A stretch of DNA of 64,000 nt from Zancudomyces culisetae HAW-14-8 (Eukaryota > Fungi > Kickxellomycota): positions 1,054,001 through 1,118,000 of the forward strand of contig JBNJNM010000009.1 in NCBI GenBank assembly GCA_052426225.1, read 5' to 3'. A program made the translations under genes and the position numbers. Position 1 is the stretch's first letter; every line of letters starts with the position of its first letter. Of the stretch, positions 23,506 through 36,340 are shown piece by piece. The notes beneath the pieces are model-generated. The model did not search any database and had not been told where the DNA came from. It saw only the letters and a program-made list of their open reading frames with translations.

Positions 23506-24653
23506 TCTAATCAACTCTTCTACTGTTACACACGCTATACTACCTGATGAATCCGATTCATCTCCTATTTAATTTGGATTTTATGTATCCGATTAGCAAA
23601 TAATTCGCTTTTGTCCCACCCCCACCCTTACCTCCAAGGCCCTCTACACAATCCAAGACAATACTCCTACAGGTTCACATCAATATATTTCTTCTCCTTC
23701 TTCTTACCCTGTTCATATTCTTCCATTTTTCCTAAAGCTGTAAGAAGCAAGTCATTCTTTTTCTATGCAATATCCCACCAACTCAACACCTACTGCTCTT
23801 AATTCTGGATTTCTGTTGTATTAGCTCTTATTATCACAATATGTATCTATAATGCAAAATATTATTTTTATATATCTTTTTTCAGTCGATGATTTCACCA
23901 CTTACATGACTTTAATACATAACAAGTAGATAGGAATCAATATTTGTACATCGATCTTTATTTACCTACTAACAATGCTTAGTGTGTCCAACCGTTATTT
24001 TTATGTAATATCCGAATTGGGTATATAATTATAGTATCATTTTACTTATTATTTTGACCAATTTGCATCAATTGCTCACAACTATAATACTGCTGTTGAT
24101 TTTATTTTCTATGATATTAGAATATTAACATAAACCCAGCTTCATATAAACAAAACTAATGCAATCTTTAGCTTTTTTCTTTTGCACGAAATCACTTTTG
24201 GTTTTAGGAGTAGATGTGAGAAATTGACAGGAAAATGTCTATGTGCAGTTTATTTCTCCTCGAGTCTCCCTCAGTCAAATATAAAAGGTACGACCAACAT
24301 TCTGTTATGAAAAATATTGGGATTTGATGAATCAGTTTAGGAAAATTAAAATTATCGAAAATTTTTTTATTCAATTCTTTTTTGCCAAAATCGCTTTGCG
24401 GATTAGCAATTGAAATGAAAACTTGAAATTCAAAAATGTGCATCCTGAACCAACCTGAGTCCTTAGGGTTTTGTGGTACATACTCTATATATAAAAAGAC
24501 CAACATAGAAAAGTGTGAGGTATTTTTCAACGGATATATCTAACGAGGATATTATTCTTACTATATAGTAGCTCAATTATTAGATCCGGTCAATAAGGCG
24601 TGATTTAACCCATAATAAAAGGAATTAACAGCAAAGAAAAAAAAGGCAAAAGG

Positions 24654-26813
24654 ATGGAAGAAGGCAAAGTACAAGTATCAGAACCAAGAAATTGTCACTT
24701 TTTTGTAAAGCACAAAAACAGATACTGTAAACTGCGAACAAAAAAGGGTGAACTGTATTGTGGCGAACACGCTCTTTTTACCCAATCGAACGAGAAAAAC
24801 TCTGCAAAAACAACAAATGCCGAAAAATCCAGCTCATTGCCCGATTCTGTTACCGCTTCTTCGTCAGCACTTAAGCGTAAGCGCGTTCCTTGCCCATACG
24901 ATACTTCACAGTAAGTTTCCAACTGTTATATCTATGTTTACTTTGCCTTGCTCGGCATGCAGCCTTCTCTGGTTCGTAAATTTTTACGTTGCCAAATCCA
25001 AAATCCGGGATAATATTGTATTTTGCGTGCTAATTAAACAAAATATCAAGTGTAATATTTTCTCAATATTTGATTAAATAGTACTGTTGATATCAACAAG
25101 TTGGAGGTTCATATGCGAAAAAAGTGTAACTCGAGGCCAAAGATAAACGAACACGCGTATTTTAGTGCTGACCTGAACATGAGTGTAAAACAACCAAAAA
25201 CTGACAACGAAACTAATATTTCTGAAAAAGAAAAGGAAGTAATCATGAAAAAAGAGGGCTGGAGTATTGCAAATGCGCAGATTACAGTACTTCCTGGACA
25301 ACTCAAGTACACAACCGATAAATCAACTTTGTTTGGTAACTTGAGAGATATCGCTGCTGGTATAGATGGAGTAAATGAATCCCAAAATCCAAGTACTTCA
25401 GCTTTAGAAAGCAACAAGAACAATATAGATGAATCAAAACAAAATAGCGACTGTAAATCGTCTGGAGAGGGCTGCTTTGAGCTCGACTCCATGTTTGATA
25501 TTTTGAATATGGTTGTAAATACTGTATTGGATCAGTTGGGCTCTGATGCAAAGTATGAAAACGCAATTAGGAATTTTAGAGGTGAAAAATTCAGGATAAA
25601 AGACTACATTTTGACTGAAAATTCATGTGATACTAGTACTGAGGGAGAAAACGAGAACAAGAATAAAACAATAGTTGATATTGACGCAATTCTTGAGCAA
25701 GAGATACTCACCCACTCATCGCTTGATGATCAGAAAAAAAACAAGAGCAATCTAAAGCACGTAGCACAGCAAGCATCGCTCTTGGGACATTTACGATCTG
25801 GAAATCTGTTATCTGAACAGGAGCCATTCACGTATTTAGAGTTTGGTGCAGGAAAAGGCGAGCTAAGCAAGTATGTAATTGATGCTATAAAACGACCCAA
25901 TGTTGACAACAATTCTCAGTTTGTTCTTCTCGATCGGAAAAACTTTAGAAGAAAGACTGACAATAGAATTGTGGTGAATTTTTCAAACGCGGAAAACACG
26001 AATGAAGATGGTGTAGTTAGCAACGATAACAAAGTGGCGGAAACCGAGGTCGATCTGTCCAAGAACTCGTCTCCAGAGCTAAAAATGTCGCGAATTCAGA
26101 TAGATATTCGAGACCTGCGCTTGGCAAAGCTCCCACAAGTTTTAGAGAATACTGATGTAAAAAAACCGCAGTTTGTTGAAGTTGTTGCCTATTCAAAGCA
26201 TCTGTGTGGGGCTGCCACAGACTTGGCTCTTAAAAGTTTGAAAAACTTTGTAGATGAAGGTGGAAAAGTGCGTGGTGTTGTTTTCGCGCTTTGTTGTCAC
26301 CACTGCTGCAAATATTCCTCTTTCATTAATCAGAGGTATTTATCTGACTCGTTCCTGGCTAGCAAGGATCACCATGACGATGTAGATCATAGCGAGTTTA
26401 ACCACAAGCTCTACGATATTATCAATTTTATTTCTTCAATAAGTAGCTGGGCAATTTGCGGGTTCCAAACTAGAGGCGAGAATAATGCTAGCCAGACAAA
26501 CAAGAAGGATGCAGCACAACAGCTGAAGGCCGATAATGTACCTGCTGAAAGCACTGGGTCCACCACATCTAATAGCTCTGCGACTTCCTTGGTCAATAAT
26601 AGCGCTGTTGGTAATAGAAGCAAACAACTTGATCGACTGGGTCAGCTGCTGAGTATTGAAAACAAGACTAATTTGGGTAAAATGTGCAAGAGATTTTTTG
26701 ATTTGGGTAGGTTGAACTATGTGAAGACAGCATTTGATTTCAAAACAGTCAAGTTGGTGCAGTATGTTGGAAAGGAACTATCATTGGAAAATATTGCTCT
26801 GGTTTGCTACTAG
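24654..26813 (+). CDS. TRM13: tRNA:m4X 2'-O-methyltransferase Trm13; intron 24911-25081
   Basis: N-terminal CCCH and CHHC zinc fingers (RVPCPYDTSH...HMRKKC), HVAQQASLLG, EFGAGKGELS, KHLCGAATDL and CCHH. Confidence 0.93.
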
Positions 26814-27574
26814 ATTTAACTAGTCAGAAAAAGTAAATAAACAGTATACCACTTACTACTTTTTTTTAATTTTTTTACACTAGTCAGGTTTAATCGCGTT
26901 TGTTGTTATAACGATTGTTGTTTTATGGTTAAAAAGTAACTATACTGACACAACATGTATAGGCGCATATATGCTACATGTTCATTAAAGTACAATTGTG
27001 TTTATTGTGCGTCCTTTTGTGTGTTTTTTGTCTAATCCAGCACTAAACACTAAATTGGCTGACATTCGATTTATTTTGTTCACCAAAAATTTGAACACAA
27101 TTGAAAATGACCTTGAAAACAACGTATCAGCCAATAGAACACCAATTTTTTTGAGCCGACCTGATTTTCTTGTCTCATTTAGAAAAAGACTGTTTTAGTT
27201 TGTAAAATTACAATAAAAGCTCCTCCATTTCGTTTTCTCTATTTCGTATTTTTTTTATTCGTTTGCAAATATACACTATATTATTGTTCTAGGGACGGGG
27301 TTTATATATTTCAGCAGTGGATATTTCTGTACTTGTAACTGTTTTGATTTAGAGCAGAGTAAATCCAGTTGCAGAATTGCAATCATATTATACAGGGATC
27401 ACTACACAGGGTAACTTTCACGTACATACAAATTTCAGCAATCAACAGCTTGAGGAAGTACCAACAAAACAGAAAACGGTGGTAATACTAGTAATCAAAA
27501 CAAAGCATTCACAACATATCCTTCAATAACCACAAACAGCAATAAATTGAAAATATAAAATAAAAATTGGAAAA

Positions 27575-28438
27575 ATGAATCAAAGAAGCACGAAATCGCT
27601 CCTAAAAGCCGGTAGGGATGAGAACATACACACTCAAAGATCAGCAACTCAAGCATTGAAGCATGTTCAAAACAAACCAGTACTTGTAGGCGAAGCGACA
27701 AAAGAAACTGCGATTAAAAAGATTTTGGGCAAGTATTTTCATTTGGTATTTACAATTGTTGATATGCTATGTATATTGTGGAAATGATGTGTTGTTAGTT
27801 ACTACGCTTTGTCTTTTCATTCACCGTTACAGTTAATTTTGTTTAAAAAAATAGAGGAAAGAGGTGCGAAAAACACACCACGGCCAAAGACGATCGCTCA
27901 ATACACAGATTCGTTAACTGGGATAATAAACAAGGGAAAAAGCACCCGTGTACTGAAAAGGAGAAGGGAGTTCAGTATCGGCGGCAAGAATGCTTCTGGA
28001 GTGAGCAAGAGAAAGAATGACGAAAGTGGAAATACTGGACCGCAGCTAAATGATATTCATGGTACTAGTATGCAGAGTGGCGAGGATTCTGATGAGTTTG
28101 AAGTAGAAGTTGTACCTCAGAATGGTACACGACAGGAGAATATTGACCAGGCAGAAAGCTTGGGTTTCCAGACGGATCTTGTTTTTGATAGAGACTCGAT
28201 ACATGCTAACCTTCCCAACAAAAACCACTACTTTCATCCAGTAACTGGAGGTAGTGATTACAACCGGACTGACGGCAATGAAAGTGATGATGACCTTCTC
28301 TTACTACCAGATATTCCGATAAAACCTATCAATACTGATGTGATATCGCCTAACAACAAGAGTAGCAATAACAGAGGACACCTCGAGTGGATAAATGACG
28401 AGGATGATCTGTTGGGATTTGCTTTGGATAGAATCTGA
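27575..28438 (+). CDS. Small disordered protein, possibly securin-like; probable GC-AG intron at 27729-27854
   Basis: Two ORFs join in frame via G|GCAAGT...AAATAG|AG. Carries DEN, a D-box-like ALKHVQN and an EVEVVP motif. Confidence 0.55.
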
Positions 28439-28607
28439 TCTATTTGTTTCAGTGGCTTTTTCGATGTTTATGAGTTTGTTTTAGTTAGGAAGACTTGTTG
28501 TATTAATATTTTGGTAGATCTACCAATAATCGGAGAAAATAAAAGAGCAATGAAGCAAACAAAATGGGAATATACTATATAAGGTTGAACCCAATCACAA
28601 ATGTACT

Positions 28608-29839
28608 TTAGAGATTGAATTTGCCTTCAGCAACCTTCAAGACATCACAAAAGATTCCAAATGCGGTAACGTCAGCTCCTGCTCCAGCGCCCTGTATGAT
28701 CAATGGATTTGGGAAGTATTTGGTGGTGAAGGAAACGATGTTATCACCAGGTTTCAGGTTGGCGAAGGCGTGGGAAGTGGGATATCTCATGAGTTTGACG
28801 CTGTACTTGTTCGAGACCAAATCCAGATTTCCTACATACCGCAACACCTGGTTGTTTTCGAGTGCCGAGTTGTTGAGCTCTGCAAAGTAGTTGTCAAACT
28901 CTGGGAGTCTTTGCATAAACTCTTCAACTGAGTTGACCTCTCGGAGCTCTGAAGGGACAATATTCTCCAGGTCCAGATCCTTGAGTTCTACGTCAACACC
29001 TGAAAGTCGTGCCAATATCACTACCTTTCTGGCTACATCCATTCCGTTAAGATCGTCCCTTGGATCGGGTTCCTATTCATTAAAAAAAATATATAGTTTT
29101 TATGAGTTTGCGTTGTAAAAAAAAATATTCATAAATGCACTTTTCTTTGTGTTCAAATACCATGTATATAGAATACTCTATCTATACTTACAGTAAATCC
29201 GTTATCCTTGGCTACTTGCACAATTTTGCTAAACTCCTTTCCTGTAGCTTTTCCTGTTGAGTATTCGCCAAAGAGGAAGGATAGGGTTCCTGATAAGATC
29301 CCTTCAATCTTTTCAATCTTGTCACCTGAAAGAACGAGATTGTTAAGTGTAGACAATGTTGGAAGACCTGCTCCAGCTGTAGCCTCGTGCAGCAACATTG
29401 GTGAGCCTGGTCGACTGGTGATTTCTTTGAGCTGTTTCCAGTAGTCCAGACTTCCTGAGAATGCCTTTTTGTTGGGTGTTACTACGTTAAATCCTTGTTG
29501 GAGCCACTCGTAGTATTTGTTTGAAATCCCTTCGTTGGAGGTGCAGTCAATCAACACAGTTTGTGCTGGTTCATACTGTTCTTTGATTTTGCTTACAAAA
29601 GATTCGATATTTGCTGGCTGCGAATCGCTGCCTTCCATCAATTCCTTGTTCTTCCAATCTAATGTGTTTATTCCTTCTTCGCAGACTTTTGGTGATTTTA
29701 TCACCATTTTTCTGGAGTTTGTTATACCCACTATTCTGATTGGTAGTTTGGCCGATCTGCTAGAGTTTTTGTACTCTAGCAACATCTTTACTAGGGCCTC
29801 ACCAACTGTTCCTGGACCGATAACTGCGACTGACAACAT
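28608..29839 (-). CDS. HOM6: Homoserine dehydrogenase; intron 29191-29073
   Basis: GPGTVG Rossmann motif, VTPNKK, EATAGAGLP, GILSGTLS, EPDPRDDLNGMDVARK and GAGAGADVTA. Confidence 0.95.
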
Positions 29840-30453
29840 TGTGCTTCCTTTTTCACGAATATCTTTTTTTTTAAAAATATAAAAGAGTTAATACTTGGAT
29901 TACAAATATGAACTTTGTGTTTTATCAAGTTAATTTTGAAACTAAATAAGCTAAAACGTCATTTAGGTTCCAATTTTTATGGTTGGCAGTGAAAATTGTA
30001 GCCAATTTTGTTACTCTTTAACAGTTTTGATCAATCCCGTTAGTTTGCCTTTATTGTTGAAAAAAAAAGGCAAAATAACGACGAATTTGAAGCAATTCGT
30101 TAAGATCAACTCAAAAAAATAAAAACCAGGAGCGTTGACTGTTACCAGGGAGGCATAGCTTCTACTGTACGTACCAGCTCTTTAAACTTCACACAGGATG
30201 TTGAAAGCAGCCAAGCAGGATCTATATGTTGTTATTGATATTATTTTCCATGTTCAGCTTACTCGTCTCTTTTTGCGGGTAAAACTTGGTTTTCCTATAT
30301 ATTCGGACTCGTATCCATAAATTCTTTTATATTTTTGAAAAAAATTATACCAACAATCAGGTTTTCTAGATATAGAAAAATAAACACAAAACGATTAATA
30401 GAAAATACTTGGATCCTTTCAAGAGTCAAGAGTCAAGAGTCAAGAGAAACGAA

Positions 30454-31095
30454 ATGTCATCAGTGAACAAGGGAACAGTGGTAAGTGAAAAAGATATTGA
30501 GGAATCTAAGCGGGTTCCAAGGATATATACCAGAACCGGCGACAAGGGAACATCCCAGCTCTATAGTGGCGAGCGTTTTCCCAAAAGCCACTACGTCTTT
30601 GAGGCACTGGGAACAATCGACGAGCTTTCTTCATCAATTGGGTGTGCAATTTGCCATTTGGAAACAAATCCACGCACTCAGGAAGTGCTTGTGAAAAAAC
30701 TTGTTAGCATCCAGTGTATATTACAAGATATTTGTTCAAGTGTTGCCACTGTTCAAACAACTACCAAAACGGAGAAGCTCTTATCCACCAAATTTGTTGA
30801 TGGCGAACTATTGTGCAAGGAACTCGAAGGCTGGATTGATGAGCTTGAGCTCCATACAAAAAAGCTGACAAATTTTGTCCTCCCAAGTGGCGGGCTTTCT
30901 GCTACTCAGCTTCATATTGCACGGACGATATGTAGGAGAGCTGAACGTGTTCTTTCTAGTGTGATAGACCAGGTTGACCAACATGCATACCGCTACATGA
31001 ACCGACTGAGTGATTTTTTGTTTGTTGCGGCTAGGGCCTCTGCAGCACTGGACAATATCGATGAAAAGGTGTATTTCAGACAAAAGAGGGAATAA
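30454..31095 (+). CDS. MMAB: PduO-type ATP:cob(I)alamin adenosyltransferase
   Basis: RIYTRTGDKG, EALGTIDELSS, FVLPSGG, HIARTICRRAER and YMNRLSDFLF. Confidence 0.93.
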   Translation: MSSVNKGTVVSEKDIEESKRVPRIYTRTGDKGTSQLYSGERFPKSHYVFEALGTIDELSSSIGCAICHLETNPRTQEVLVKKLVSIQCILQDICSSVATVQTTTKTEKLLSTKFVDGELLCKELEGWIDELELHTKKLTNFVLPSGGLSATQLHIARTICRRAERVLSSVIDQVDQHAYRYMNRLSDFLFVAARASAALDNIDEKVYFRQKRE

Positions 31096-34054
31096 TTTGT
31101 TGTATCAACGTATACATTGTATCCTATTCTGTTGTTCCGTCTTGCCTTTGTGTGTGGGGGGGGAGGGGGGGACGGATGGCATTTATTGTTGCTTTTCGAG
31201 GCTTAATAAAAGAATACGCGGAAACCAACCTAGCAGGTTCTAAATATAACATAACCCATACATCGAGCCTTGTGGTCATGAAATGATTTTTATTTATTTG
31301 TAAATTTGTTTAATGAAACATTTATTCCTGTTACGGCTTAGATCATTTATTTCTTTTGAGTTATATGTTTTTCTATATGATACTAGAAGTAGATCATAGA
31401 ATGGCACTTGTATGCTACCAATATAAGAGATACTTTGGGCTCATGTGGGTTACACTATAGAATTAATCGTTAACCGTTAGTCACTATAATTTGGCTTTTG
31501 CTCAAATATTACTGTGTTTAAATACCCTGTTTTTGATTCCAGTGGAATGGCACCATTATAAAAGATGGTCTCAGATGATCCACAATGATCTTTTTCCGAA
31601 TGTTTATCAATACCTGGTTGAACGATTTTGAAGAACATACATGTGGTGCATTTTTCTACACTTTGTTTTGTTTACAGAACACCTACTACTTTCAGAAGTG
31701 TACGTTTTTTATATAAAAGATGGAGATGTGTGTATTTGTTATGCACATACCACTCATTAAAGCGAACTACGACACTTTTAGGTTGATTCATTTTTTTATA
31801 TCTCAACTGACTACGCACATGATTTCTAAATTACACACCCATAACTAATCTCATCAAAATTAACTATGTGCAGCTTGCTCTCATTTACTGTGCTATCATT
31901 TTAGGTGTGATGTTCGACATCGACTAGAAGAATAGGCGATACACACACACCTCTCCAATAGAGTACTCTTTTCCCTCACCGCAGTTAACCTAATTGTGAG
32001 ATTTAATGCCCTTACGTTCACACCTTCCGCTATATTAACGCATTTGGTTTTCAAAATGTGCGAATAAGTGCGGAATATACATGCATTTATGGTTTTGGTG
32101 GGTTGATCTTGAACGGATTTACCTTGCTTTTTTTTCAGTTAGCTTTTGTGCACTCAATAACAAATTTTCCTGGTGGAAAAGCCGTTTTTTTTTTTTTGCG
32201 AAAAGCAACAAATGGGTTTACAATATTCAAAAAATTAATAGATCTAGATATTGCAAATGAAAGAATATTGCAAACAGGATCGGTTCTATTTACTAGCAGG
32301 TATCACCATGAAGTTGGGGACTCCATTTCTACTACTCTAAGCCATGTTGTCCCAAAGCTGGTTTATTTTTCCGAAGAAGGAATGAATATCTGGAATGTTT
32401 TGCTTTTTTTATGCAAGGTTGCACAGAGAAAAGATTTACTATTAAAAGTAGGGTAAATATGTTTGGTTGTTTCGCGAATCGCATCAAAATCAGGTCGATA
32501 TTACGCAGAAAAATATTTAAAAAAAGCAAAAAGCAAAAAGCAAAAAGCAAAAAACAAAAAACAAAAATGAATAGTAGCGCGATGTTTTCGGAACAGCACA
32601 GCTTTAACCGGTGTTGTGGCCAAAACCAGCGGCTAAATTACTCTTTTTTTCCGCAGAATGTTTCGGGTTCAAAACATTTGATGCAATCCAGCAAACTCCA
32701 AATCTTCAAGTCCATATAATTTATTTGTATTCTTTTTACAACACTGATTATTTATCTGTAGTAATTTAACGGGGAAAATGTTAACGAATATTTCCAAAAG
32801 GAGAAAAGGAGCAAAAAAGTAAATAGCCATCATTAATAGGTTCTTGCGAATGCTACTTGACACTTCGATTTTTTTATTGTCAATGTTGGATTTCTAACGC
32901 AATTGCATTCATTCGATTTTGATTCCTTGTTCCTGTTACCATCTTGGTAAATATGATTCTTTAATATTTTTTTTGTAATGGTTTTTAGCTATTAAAGCGG
33001 CTTTATACAAAACAAAACCAAAGTTAGTATTCCACTTTTTAAGAATTAGCTTTTTTTTTCTAACACTGCGTTATAATGACCCTTTGTTTTTTGTTTTTTG
33101 TTTTTTTATGTTGGTTATTCGCCTTCTTTGCTTGCCTCCCCCTTTTTATTTCAAACTAGTCAGATGCTTTCCTTCTATTTTTTATCAATCCTTATTTTTC
33201 CTAATTAGTTTGAATGATTAACAAGGAGAAAAAAAAGGGCGGTATCGTACTTGAGAACAACAGCGGATTTTCTTGCCCCTTTGCATTTTTAATGCAAATA
33301 TAACTATCGTGGGTGGTGGGATAACCAATTATTTAAATCTAATACTGTTCCATTACTTGTTTTGAAGAGTTGAGTGATTATATTATTTCTCGTATAGAAA
33401 AATGACAAAAGAACATTAGATATTAGATATTGTATATTAGATACACTTGTTGTAGTTGTACCAACTGCACACATGGATGCGATAGTAGCTAATTAGAATA
33501 GAGGATAAATTTTTTTTTGTATGCAAGTTCATCTTTTAAAGCTATTACATATATATTTAATTATCATTTACGCTCAATTAGTAATAGTGTCTTGGAAAAT
33601 ATATGCTGCAGTCAAATGTAGAGGATAATTTGCTGTTGTTATTTTTCTCCTGTATGGTTTCATCCAGAATTGGCTTTTTTATGACTTTAAGCATGTGTTA
33701 TGTTGCAAGCTTTTATTTCATCAAATCATTGCTAATAAATATCCAAACTAACAAAATACACATCTATGTTTAATATGAAAAACCTAATGCTTTGCTGGAA
33801 TGAAATAGTAATAACGCAGAAATACCAATGATACTTTCGCAGTATTTTCAATAGCAATTAATCATAATTAGGCATCATTTTATTTTTTTCAAAATTAGTA
33901 TTTTTTTTTGTGTTTATTAAATCAGCAATATTTAAAGGAACGCAAATAGTATTCCCTAAATCAATAGTTGTTAAAAAAAGCAGTTTTCTCTTGAATTCCT
34001 ATTAATAAGGTAAATTATATATATATGCATTCGCATCACTTTATTTCGCGTAGC

Positions 34055-34064
34055 TATATATAAA
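34055..34064 (+). promoter_or_regulatory. Candidate TATA box
   Basis: TATATATAAA about 105 nt upstream of the HMG/YABBY ATG. Confidence 0.4.
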
Positions 34065-34167
34065 GCCACAAGTCAATACCGAAACAATCATCTTTAATAA
34101 ATCTTGCCTTTATACATCTATAGGATTTTGTACAAATACTTAACATTAAAGACCTGATACAACCAAA

Positions 34168-34359
34168 ATGGCCAAAGAAAAGTCAGAAAAGAAAGGAACA
34201 CGCAAACTTTCACCATACAACAAGTTTATGAAGACTGAGCTACAGAAGGTCAAGGAGAAGAACTCATCCCTCTCTCATAAGGACGCATTCAAGCTTGCCG
34301 CATCCAACTGGAAGACTAGCCCAGACAATCCAATAAACTCCAAGGAGAAGGCCAAATAA
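34168..34359 (+). CDS. Small HMG-box-like (YABBY-type) DNA-binding protein
   Basis: RKLSPYNKFMKTELQKVKEKNSSLSHKDAFKLAASNWK is a HMG/YABBY helix-loop-helix signature. Confidence 0.85.
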   Translation: MAKEKSEKKGTRKLSPYNKFMKTELQKVKEKNSSLSHKDAFKLAASNWKTSPDNPINSKEKAK

Positions 34360-34931
34360 AAAGTCACAACGCAGCAAAGGAGTATCAGATACAAACCGCT
34401 CTGTTATCTTTGAGTTTGCATCGTATATGGATGTTCTGACCAATCTGACGCGTGGATAACGACACAGTTACTTCTATTTGCTTTGATATATTGTACTCTC
34501 TAAATACTCATATTGGTGAACCATCCCCCCCCTCTTTTTCAATGTTATGGTACATTTTTTATTGGTTTTAACCAATATTATCACGATTGTTCTTTAATAT
34601 TTCTTGCTAATGTTATTTTAGTATTCCAATAAATCTTTATAAAAGTATATGGTCAGAGTTACAAGGTGATACATCTCATCTATGTTCATCCTATCTAGGC
34701 TTGAGTTTGTTTGGTGGGCTGATCTCAGAACACATAACTGGTGCTATTAAACTCTTTGAAGAGGTGGAAAAGTCCTGTATATGCTCACCTTCAGAGCCCC
34801 AAATGCATAAACTTTAACAAGAGAATTATATACCTGTATTTCTAGTCAAAATCAACTCAAAAAAACTAAAAAGTAAAATATATAACTTGAAAATTAACCA
34901 AAAAAAATAGTTGATGCAAAAGTAGGTGTGA

Positions 34932-36340
34932 CTATCTCTTCTTCTTATCAGCAGTCACGTTGAACTTGAAGAAAATAATATCGCCAGGTGAAACAACGTA
35001 GTCTCTGCCCTTTTGCAAGTATTTTCCAGCAGATTTAACAGCGGCTTCACTTCCCAACTCGCGGATATCGTTGTAGTTGTAGACTTCAGCCATAATGAAT
35101 CCTCTTTCAAAGTCTGAATGGATAACGCCCGCAGCCTGTGGTGCCTTTGTACCCTTTCTGATGGTCCACGCACGAACCTCACCAGGACCACAAGTAAAGA
35201 AGTAATCCAATCTGAGACCAGAGTAACCAGAAACAATAATCTTTGGAAGGGCTGATGTTGTTTGCAAAGAAGCCAAATGTTCTTCTCTACTTTTTGGGTC
35301 CATGAGTGACAGGGCCTGCTCCAAACATCCCGAAAACGGTATCAACATATCGCCTTGGTTGTTTTCATCAATCCAGGCCTTGATCTTTGGAAGATACTTG
35401 TTCTTCTTGCGTGCAAAATCCTTTTCGCTCAAATTGGCCAGATAGATCACTGTCTTTGCTGTGATAAAGTTTTGCTGGTTAATAAACTCTATTTCTTTGT
35501 TTGTCCAATCTCCTTTACGCACATCCTTTCCTGACTCCAACCATTCTAGTACTTTTTTCAACGCTACCATTTCATCCTTTTTCTCTCGGTCAGCCGCATT
35601 CCCGCCTTGTCCTAACTTTTGTAGTGACTTTTCCCCCATATCGATGTATTTCTTGAGCAACTCGATGTCCTTAAGTCGGAGTTCTTGATGAATTATTTCC
35701 AAATCCCTAACAGGGTCCAATTCACCCTCTACGTGAATCACATCTGGATCAGAAAATGCTCTAACTACGTGGAAGATCGCATCAACACTTCTGATGTGCG
35801 ACAAAAAGTTGTTTCCAAGCCCTGCTCCTGCTGAAGCTCCCTTTACCAAACCTGCGATATCAATCACAGTTAAGAATGCTGGAATGTTGGCTTTTGGCTT
35901 GAAATGCTCCACAAGCCAGTCAAAACGCTCATCTGGAACTGCAACTCGTGCCTCTTCGGGTTCTATTTAAGCAACAACGGTACAGATTGAAAGATGATTA
36001 CTCTTTCTTTGATTTTTCAAAAATAAAAGTAAACCGGGTACAAAAATACAAACAAGTTGCAGTCTTGTTTTCTACAGATTCTATTGCACTTACCAATGGT
36101 ACAGAAGGGATAGTTCTCTGCAGCGACGGCTGAATTTGTGATGGCATTGAAAAATGTTGATTTTCTATTAGCGTGTACATCTTTGTGTTATTGCTTATTT
36201 TATCTATACTGATTCTCTTTTGTAGAGATAATAAAGTAATTTTACCCCACATTTGGTAGACCCACAACACCAATCTTCAAGTTGTTTGATGGTCTTCCCA
36301 ACAGTGCTTTTTCTTCCTTGACTACTTTCTTTGGTGGCAT
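34932..36340 (-). CDS. OLA1: Obg-like ATPase Ola1/YchF, exons 36340-36246, 36164-36094, 35962-34932
   Basis: MPPKK..GVVGLPNVGKST, NYPFCTIEPE, DIAGLVKGA, NLSE and the TGS-like C-terminus APQAAGVIHSDFERGFI. Confidence 0.96.

Noticed and set aside
23630-23730. ATG-TGA-ACC-TGT upstream of the Swt1-like gene as possible selenocysteine readthrough
   Set aside because: There is no selenoprotein-family similarity or SECIS. It is more simply explained as 5' UTR or an unresolved exon.
30120-30300. Possible cobalamin riboswitch upstream of MMAB
   Set aside because: No B12-box or core consensus could be matched.
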